DNA of 39,373 nt from Pelagomonas calceolata (Eukaryota). This document shows positions 33,666-39,373 of this stretch, in pieces (the stretch's first letter is position 1; every line of letters starts with the position of its first letter). The stretch spans positions 1-39,373 of the forward strand of contig CAKKNE010000008.1 of the NCBI GenBank assembly GCA_918797485.1. The letters are read 5' to 3'. The notes below the pieces were generated by a model that searched no databases, was not told the DNA's origin, and saw only the letters and a list, made by a program, of their open reading frames with translations. The position numbers were made by a program, and so were the translations under genes.

Positions 33666-34165
33666 TGAAAAAAACGCTTCCTTTGTCGCCGTTCCACGCT
33701 GGATCTTTTCCTGGAAGGGTAAGCCCTCTTGACCTAGTATGTATGAACACGTCATCATTCTATCAAGGCACCGCACTGCATTATCATATTATCAAGGCAC
33801 TACTACTATATATATATATATTAGATACATATACATATTATCAAGGCACTACTATATATATTGTATATATACATATTATCAATACACTACTATATATGAA
33901 TAAACTGTTCCAGTTTATTCATATAATGAAATTTTTCCGACTTTTCTTCCAATCGCGTGGACGCATGACCACTGTATTCGTCGTTTTTTTGCTTTGCTGC
34001 GCCGGAACGAGCCACTTTATCCGGGGCTGGGCGGTTCGGATACTTTTTGGAATCTTTCCACGAATCGCTCCTTTCGTAAAAAAATTTCATTCTATGAGGA
34101 AGTTTTACAAGGAGGGGCAAGGGGGGCCGACTCCAGGCCCCCCTTGCCCCTCCTTGTAAAACCAA
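33666..34165. repeat. large inverted repeat, left arm (500 bp)
   Basis: Reverse complement of 34248-34699 apart from one extra 49-bp unit and an A7/A8 difference. Confidence 0.95.
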
Positions 34166-34247
34166 AAACGTTATTTTTTTCAAAAAAGCGTCATTTTGTT
34201 GTTGAAAATCGAAAAAAACGTAACTAACTTTGCTTCTTTTTGGTGGA

Positions 34248-34699
34248 TTGGTTTTACAAGGAGGGGCAAGGGGGGCCTGGAGTCGGCCCCCCTTGCCCCT
34301 CCTTGTAAAACTTCCTCATAGAATGAAATTTTTTTACGAAAGGAGCGATTCGTGGAAAGATTCCAAAAAGTATCCGAACCGCCCAGCCCCGGATAAAGTG
34401 GCTCGTTCCGGCGCAGCAAAGCAAAAAAACGACGAATACAGTGGTCATGCGTCCACGCGATTGGAAGAAAAGTCGGAAAAATTTCATTATATGAATAAAC
34501 TGGAACAGTTTATTCATATATAGTAGTGTATTGATAATATGTATATATACAATATATATAGTAGTGCCTTGATAATATGATAATGCAGTGCGGTGCCTTG
34601 ATAGAATGATGACGTGTTCATACATACTAGGTCAAGAGGGCTTACCCTTCCAGGAAAAGATCCAGCGTGGAACGGCGACAAAGGAAGCGTTTTTTTTCA
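34248..34699. repeat. large inverted repeat, right arm (452 bp)
   Basis: Reverse complement of left arm; 82-bp spacer at 34166-34247. Confidence 0.95.
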
Positions 34700-34848
34700 C
34701 GGCGGTCTTTTATCGTATTACAAAACATTTAAAAAACGATGGGGTACCCTTTTTTAATTTTTTCATTGTTCCTTTAAAAGTAAGTGTTTGTACGACGACC
34801 TAAAAAATCAGAAGTCAACGAAAGCGATTGTTTTTTTCTTGTATAGAA

Positions 34849-34923
34849 GGAAAAGTGGCTCAATCTGGTTAGAGCGTTGGCCTGTCACGCCGAAGGTTGC
34901 GGGTTCAAGCCCCGTCTTTTTCG
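34849..34923 (+). tRNA. trnD: tRNA-Asp(GUC)
   Basis: GGAAAAG/CTTTTTC; TTGGC-CT-GTC-AC-GCCGA. Confidence 0.95.
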
Positions 34924-35136
34924 TTCGTATTTAAAATTTTAGGTTAGTCTAATATCGTCATAAACTTTTGCTGATCCCCTTTTCTTATTAGATCATCAAA
35001 ATTAAAAAAGCATTTCTTTCATATTTACTTTTTTGTACTTAGTAACAAAACTGACAATGCTTTATTTTAGCAGCTTTTTTTATGACCTCCTCTTGCTTAG
35101 TTGAGGCTGCCTTTTTTAGAAGGATCTCCACTTTTT

Positions 35137-35209
35137 CAGAATGTAGCGCAGTTGGTAGCGTACCTGTTTTGGGAATAGGGGGTCGTATGTTCGAATCATG
35201 CCATTCTGA
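35137..35209 (+). tRNA. trnP: tRNA-Pro(UGG)
   Basis: CAGAATG/CATTCTG; TT-TGG-GA loop. Confidence 0.94.
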
Positions 35210-35252
35210 AAGTTTTATTTTTTTTAGATTCATATATATATATCATTCCGAT

Positions 35253-35624
35253 ATGCCTACTATAAACCAGTTGTGTAAAAACACAAGAAAACAAAGAAAA
35301 AAGCCTAATTCTGCACCGGCATTAAAGGGCCACCCTCAACAAAGAGGTGTGTGTTTAAAAGTTTTTACACGAACACCGAAAAAACCAAATTCTGCTTTGC
35401 GAAAGGTCACTCGTGTTCGCCTTTCTAACGGCGAAATCGTTTACGCGTATATTCCAGGAGAGGGTCATAATTTACAAGAGTACTCCTCTGTTCTTGTTCG
35501 AGGGGGCAGAGTTAAGGATTTGCCTGGAGTAAAATATCATTTAGTTCGCGGTTGTTATGATTTAACAGGTTTAGAAAAACGGAAAACATCCCGTTCAAAA
35601 TACGGGACAAAAATGCATATTTGA
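35253..35624 (+). CDS. rps12: ribosomal protein S12
   Basis: [29 protein letters not shown] stop. Confidence 0.98.
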   Translation: MPTINQLCKNTRKQRKKPNSAPALKGHPQQRGVCLKVFTRTPKKPNSALRKVTRVRLSNGEIVYAYIPGEGHNLQEYSSVLVRGGRVKDLPGVKYHLVRGCYDLTGLEKRKTSRSKYGTKMHI

Positions 35625-35635
35625 AAATAACAACA

Positions 35636-36070
35636 ATGGTTACTAAAGTCTCTAATAAAAAATTGTTAGAATTATTGACTCTTTCTCTTACAAAAAAAGG
35701 AAATAAGCATGTTGCTGAATTAATAGTGTCAGATTTATTTTTGGTACTTCGTAAACAGTACAAAGTATTTCCGTACACTACGCTACATCAAGCTGTTGAT
35801 AAAGTCAAGCCGCTTACAGGATTTCGAAATGTTAAATTGCGGGGTTCTTCCTATAAGATACCTTTTTTCTTAGAGGAAGACCAACAATTAAAAATGGCCC
35901 TTTCTTGGCTTGTTTCTTCAGCCAAGAAATCCAAGTCCAAGATAAGCACTTCTTTAGCAAAAGAATTGATTCAAGCGTCCACGGGTCAAGGTGACCTTAT
36001 TAAAAAGCGTAATGAAATACACAAATACGCGAATCAAAATAAAGTTTTTGCCCATTATCGATGGTTTTAA
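35636..36070 (+). CDS. rps7: ribosomal protein S7
   Basis: KKGNK..AE, RGSSYKIP, EIHK.A.QNKVFAHYRW; follows rps12. Confidence 0.95.
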   Translation: MVTKVSNKKLLELLTLSLTKKGNKHVAELIVSDLFLVLRKQYKVFPYTTLHQAVDKVKPLTGFRNVKLRGSSYKIPFFLEEDQQLKMALSWLVSSAKKSKSKISTSLAKELIQASTGQGDLIKKRNEIHKYANQNKVFAHYRWF

Positions 36071-36088
36071 TCTCTCTTATTTAATAAA

Positions 36089-36394
36089 ATGGTATATATA
36101 ACAACTTTTTTAGGTGTGAGCACTACACTTTTCTTAATTGGGGTCCTAGGGATAGTCCTTAATAGAAAAAACATCCTTATTATTTTAATGTCTGTAGAGC
36201 TTATGCTGTTAGCGGTAAATATAAACTTCGTTGTTTTTTCTGTGTACTTAGACGATCTTATCGGACAAATGTTCGCATTATTCATTTTAACTGTTGCGGC
36301 GGCGGAATCCGCAATAGGTCTTGCTATATTGGTGGCCTATTATAAGGTTAGAAACAGTATAGCTGTTGAAAGTATCCAAATGTTAAAGGGATAA
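36089..36394 (+). CDS. nad4L: NADH dehydrogenase subunit 4L
   Basis: [20 protein letters not shown]. Confidence 0.98.
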   Translation: MVYITTFLGVSTTLFLIGVLGIVLNRKNILIILMSVELMLLAVNINFVVFSVYLDDLIGQMFALFILTVAAAESAIGLAILVAYYKVRNSIAVESIQMLKG

Positions 36395-36442
36395 GCTTAA
36401 ACTAATGCCTTTTTAAGGTGCTGTATTCTCCTCCTTAATAAA

Positions 36443-36515
36443 AGCGGAATAGTTCAATCGGTAGAACGCCGGAATCATAATCCGTATGTTGGAGGTTCAA
36501 GTCCTCTTTCCGCTA
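36443..36515 (+). tRNA. trnM: tRNA-Met(CAU), probably elongator
   Basis: AGCGGAA/TTCCGCT; AT-CAT-AA loop. Confidence 0.88.
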
Positions 36516-36591
36516 ATTTTTGATTTAGCCTTAAATCTAAAGCAATTTGCTATTCGAAAATTGAACCCTCTTATTTATAAAATTTAAAATT

Positions 36592-38076
36592 ATGTTGTTT
36601 GTAAACTTATTTGAAAACGATTTTAAGCTTTTTTTACCGGAGTTTTTTCTTGTTACTGCTATTCTGACAATCGTTTTATACGGTTCCTTTTATAGTGTAT
36701 CAAGAGAACATAATTATCCTCTAATCAATGTTTCAACTTGTTGGGCCAGTGTTTTTACATTAGTGAATACTTTTTTTTTAATCGTGTTTACTAGAGACGT
36801 TTCAGGAATAATCTTCAATGGAACCTTTATTTGTGACTTACTTTCCCAAAATTCCAAGTTGTTTATTATCGCAGCAACCATAGTGTGCTTGTTAATAAGT
36901 CTTCCATATATTCGAAATTATAAGGTTAATTCTTTTGAATACTTTTTATTAATCTTGTTAAGTGTTTTTGGTTTAATGCTTTTATGCAGTTCTTTTGATT
37001 TAATTTCTGTGTACTTAGCAATTGAATTGCAAAGTTTGTGTTTATACGTTTTGGCTGCTTTTAATAGGGAGTCTGCGTATTCTACCGAAGCAGGACTAAA
37101 ATATTTTATTTTAGGTGCTTTCGCTTCAGGTCTTCTTCTTTTTGGTATTTCTATAATTTATGGTTTTACTGGAACAACTAATTTTGAAGATCTTCACATG
37201 CTTTTTGCTCTTGATACGGAAAACCAGCGTGCGATACAAACTGGTCTTATTTTTATAAGTTGTGCCTTCTTGTTTAAAATGGCGGCTAGCCCTTTTCATG
37301 TGTGGTCTCCGGATGTATACGATGGTGCTCCGCTAAACAGCACAATTTTTTTTGCGGTGGTTCCAAAGATTGCTTTAATAGTTATCTTTTTGAGACTTTT
37401 CGTTTTTTGTTTCGGGACCCAACCAGATTATTGGCAGTACTTAGTTTCTTTTTGTGCTGTTGCTTCTGTAGTTACAGGATCTTTTTTAGCATTGAAACAA
37501 CGTAAAATAAAGCGCCTCTTGGCTTATAGCTCTATAGGACATGTTGGTTATATTCTGATAGCATTATCGTCAGGAAGTTTGGAAGGGTTTCATGCTTCCG
37601 TTATTTACATTGTTACCTATATGCTAATGAGTGTAGGTATTTGGTCTGTCACCAGTTGTTTAGAAAGGGAACATCCTACAAAGCGCACGAGAACCCTTAC
37701 AGATTTAGCTATGATTTCTAAATCTAATCCGGTGCTCGCTTTTAGTACTTCCATTTTATTGTTCTCAATGGCGGGTGTTCCCCCACTAGCAGGTTTTTAT
37801 GCGAAGTTTTGCGTGTTTTTAGCCTCCATTAATGCTTCTATGTATGTTTGTTCTATTATAATTATATTAGCCAGTGTGGTGTCTACGTATTACTACATAC
37901 GCCTAATAAAAACGGTTTACTTTGAAAAGATCACGACTAAGGTTTTTTATAAGCCTATATCAAAAGAAATTTCTTTAGTATTAGGCTTTTCTTTTTTCTT
38001 CACTTTCTTTTTATTCGTTAACCCAAACTTATTGTGGTTGATTACCTATGAAATGGTTCTGTGTGTTGTACAATAA
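36592..38076 (+). CDS. nad2: NADH dehydrogenase subunit 2
   Basis: STEAGLKYFILG, PFHVWSPDVYDG, SMAGVPPLAGF. Confidence 0.98.
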   Translation: MLFVNLFENDFKLFLPEFFLVTAILTIVLYGSFYSVSREHNYPLINVSTCWASVFTLVNTFFLIVFTRDVSGIIFNGTFICDLLSQNSKLFIIAATIVCLLISLPYIRNYKVNSFEYFLLILLSVFGLMLLCSSFDLISVYLAIELQSLCLYVLAAFNRESAYSTEAGLKYFILGAFASGLLLFGISIIYGFTGTTNFEDLHMLFALDTENQRAIQTGLIFISCAFLFKMAASPFHVWSPDVYDGAPLNSTIFFAVVPKIALIVIFLRLFVFCFGTQPDYWQYLVSFCAVASVVTGSFLALKQRKIKRLLAYSSIGHVGYILIALSSGSLEGFHASVIYIVTYMLMSVGIWSVTSCLEREHPTKRTRTLTDLAMISKSNPVLAFSTSILLFSMAGVPPLAGFYAKFCVFLASINASMYVCSIIIILASVVSTYYYIRLIKTVYFEKITTKVFYKPISKEISLVLGFSFFFTFFLFVNPNLLWLITYEMVLCVVQ

Positions 38077-38164
38077 TTTGAAACCCCCTGATCTTTTGTT
38101 GACCTTTCATTTTAAAAGTTAACTAAAGATAGTGTTATTTTCATATAATTAGTACACACCTACA

Positions 38165-38801
38165 ATGTTTTTAAATGTAGTTTTTATGGTAATTGTAGCC
38201 TCAGTATTGGCAAGTATTTTTGTTATATACATGGATTTGAAGGACAGCGTGCTAGCAGCCTACTCAACCATCAGTCTAGCATCTCTTTGTAATTGGCTAG
38301 TTAAAAAAAACCATTACGGAGATCACGATCGGTCTACGACGAGGCATTTTATTGTTTATCATTGCCGAAATAATTTTCATAGTACCCTTTATAGAAGGAG
38401 CAATTGTTTCTAGACTGTTCGAACCAGTCTTTCAATGGTTCTCTGCTATGTTATTATCGTCCGGAGAGATAATGTCAGTTTTTAATATTAATGATTTGGG
38501 TGGACTCCAAGATTATCACAAAATTATCTTTTTTTGTGTTGCTTTACATTTTTCCGCAATAGTTATTATTAAGTGGCTTAATTCAGCGACACTGGGAGCA
38601 ACAAAAACCTATTCCATAATCGGATTAGTCTTAATTCTTACAGTGTTTTTAATCGTAAATATGAATGGATTTGAAGAATTGATTTCGATAGCAGTGTGTT
38701 CCCCTATGGATTTTCCAATTTCTGGGGTAGGACCCGCTTTTATCGCCGTATTCATCTTTCTATCGATAACAGTCTCTCCCATGAAAGAAGTCATTATATA
38801 A
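38165..38801 (+). other. orphan membrane-protein ORF, putative nad5/cox3 chimera, split by a +1 frameshift at A8 (38303-38310); ~211 aa if joined
   Basis: 5' UTR and first ~41 codons align with nad5; downstream frame aligns with cox3 (GLRRGILLFIIAEIIF; W...IGLVL...FE). Confidence 0.7.
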
Positions 38802-38847
38802 GTTAAGTTATTCTAAAAAATACTCACAGAAGCCTAAAAGAAAGTAT

Positions 38848-38920
38848 TGAGTATATTGGGATTTGAACCCAAGACCCGCGGATTAAAAGTCCGATGCTCT
38901 ACCAGCTGAGCTATATACTC
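38848..38920 (-). tRNA. trnK: tRNA-Lys(UUU)
   Basis: GAGTATA/TATACTC; CT-TTT-AA. Confidence 0.95.
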
Positions 38921-39008
38921 TTAAAGCGAAAGACTTCGCTTTTTCGTATAGAGAATAATACTATGCGTTTATTAAGAGTGTCCCTGAAACATTAACTCTT
39001 TCTAGATT

Positions 39009-39080
39009 CTGGAATGAAAGGATTCGAACCTTTGAATGCCCGCACCAAAAACGGATGCCTTTCCACTTGGCTACACTCCA
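39009..39080 (-). tRNA. trnQ: tRNA-Gln(UUG)
   Basis: TGGAGTG/CATTCCA; TT-TTG-GT loop. Confidence 0.94.
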
Positions 39081-39092
39081 AAAAACAAAATT

Positions 39093-39165
39093 CTCCCTAA
39101 GTTGGACTTGAACCAACGACCAAGTGGTTAACAGCCACTTGCTCTACCGGCTGAGCTATTAGAGA
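39093..39165 (-). tRNA. trnN: tRNA-Asn(GUU)
   Basis: TCTCTAA/TTAGGGA; AGTGG-CT-GTT-AA-CCACT. Confidence 0.95.
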
Positions 39166-39373
39166 TTTTTCTTCAATACGATAAAAAAATCGAATCTTTT
39201 GTTAACTTCTATTTTTATCGTGATTACATTTCTAGTTTTAAGCCGTAAAAAAAGCTATAAAATTTCATATAAAGAAGAAAGTGGCTTGCTTGAATTAAAA
39301 AGTAAAATTCTTTTATTCATTTTTTTTCAATATTACTTCTTGTCTTTTTTAATCTTACAAAATTATTTTTTAC

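Noticed and set aside
33761..33897. CRISPR-like array
   Set aside because: Repeats are only ~11-19 nt, spacers are low-complexity and mutually related, and there are no cas genes.
33614..34803. Multiple 71-181 aa ORFs in the inverted repeat
   Set aside because: Overlapping frames on both strands produced by low-complexity and palindromic DNA; no protein motifs.
35622..35624. Alternative genetic code (TGA = Trp)
   Set aside because: Conserved Trp sites use TGG, trnW is CCA, and TGA ends rps12 and rps13 at expected positions.
38440..38530. Second nad5-like block in the chimeric ORF (FSAMLLSSG...DLGGL versus FKALLFLSAG...DMRKMGGL)
   Set aside because: Needs several gaps and also resembles cox3 DIGGV/LLSSG; too weak to call by eye.

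Overview
The window looks like a complete, circular-mapping, gene-dense mitochondrial genome of a stramenopile (ochrophyte) alga, read with the standard code: Trp is TGG, trnW has anticodon CCA, and TGA is a stop. From memory, the ~39.4 kb size, gene set and RT-encoding intron in rnl fit a pelagophyte such as Pelagomonas calceolata; BLASTN should confirm this. It carries cox1-3, cob, nad1-7/4L/9/11, atp6/8/9, many rps/rpl genes (including divergent rps1 and rpl31), rns, rnl split by a group II intron, a candidate rrn5 and 23 tRNAs (no Thr and no Arg-CGN decoder found). A ~0.5 kb inverted repeat sits at a divergent strand switch. The most notable signal is an orphan ORF pair after nad2 (38165-38801). 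It appears to be a chimera of the nad5 5' UTR and N-terminus fused to a divergent internal part of cox3, joined across a +1 frameshift in an A8 run. Other oddities are non-canonical intron boundaries, an aberrant tRNA-like element after atp9, an rps10 stop codon inside trnW and structured spacers between tRNAs.
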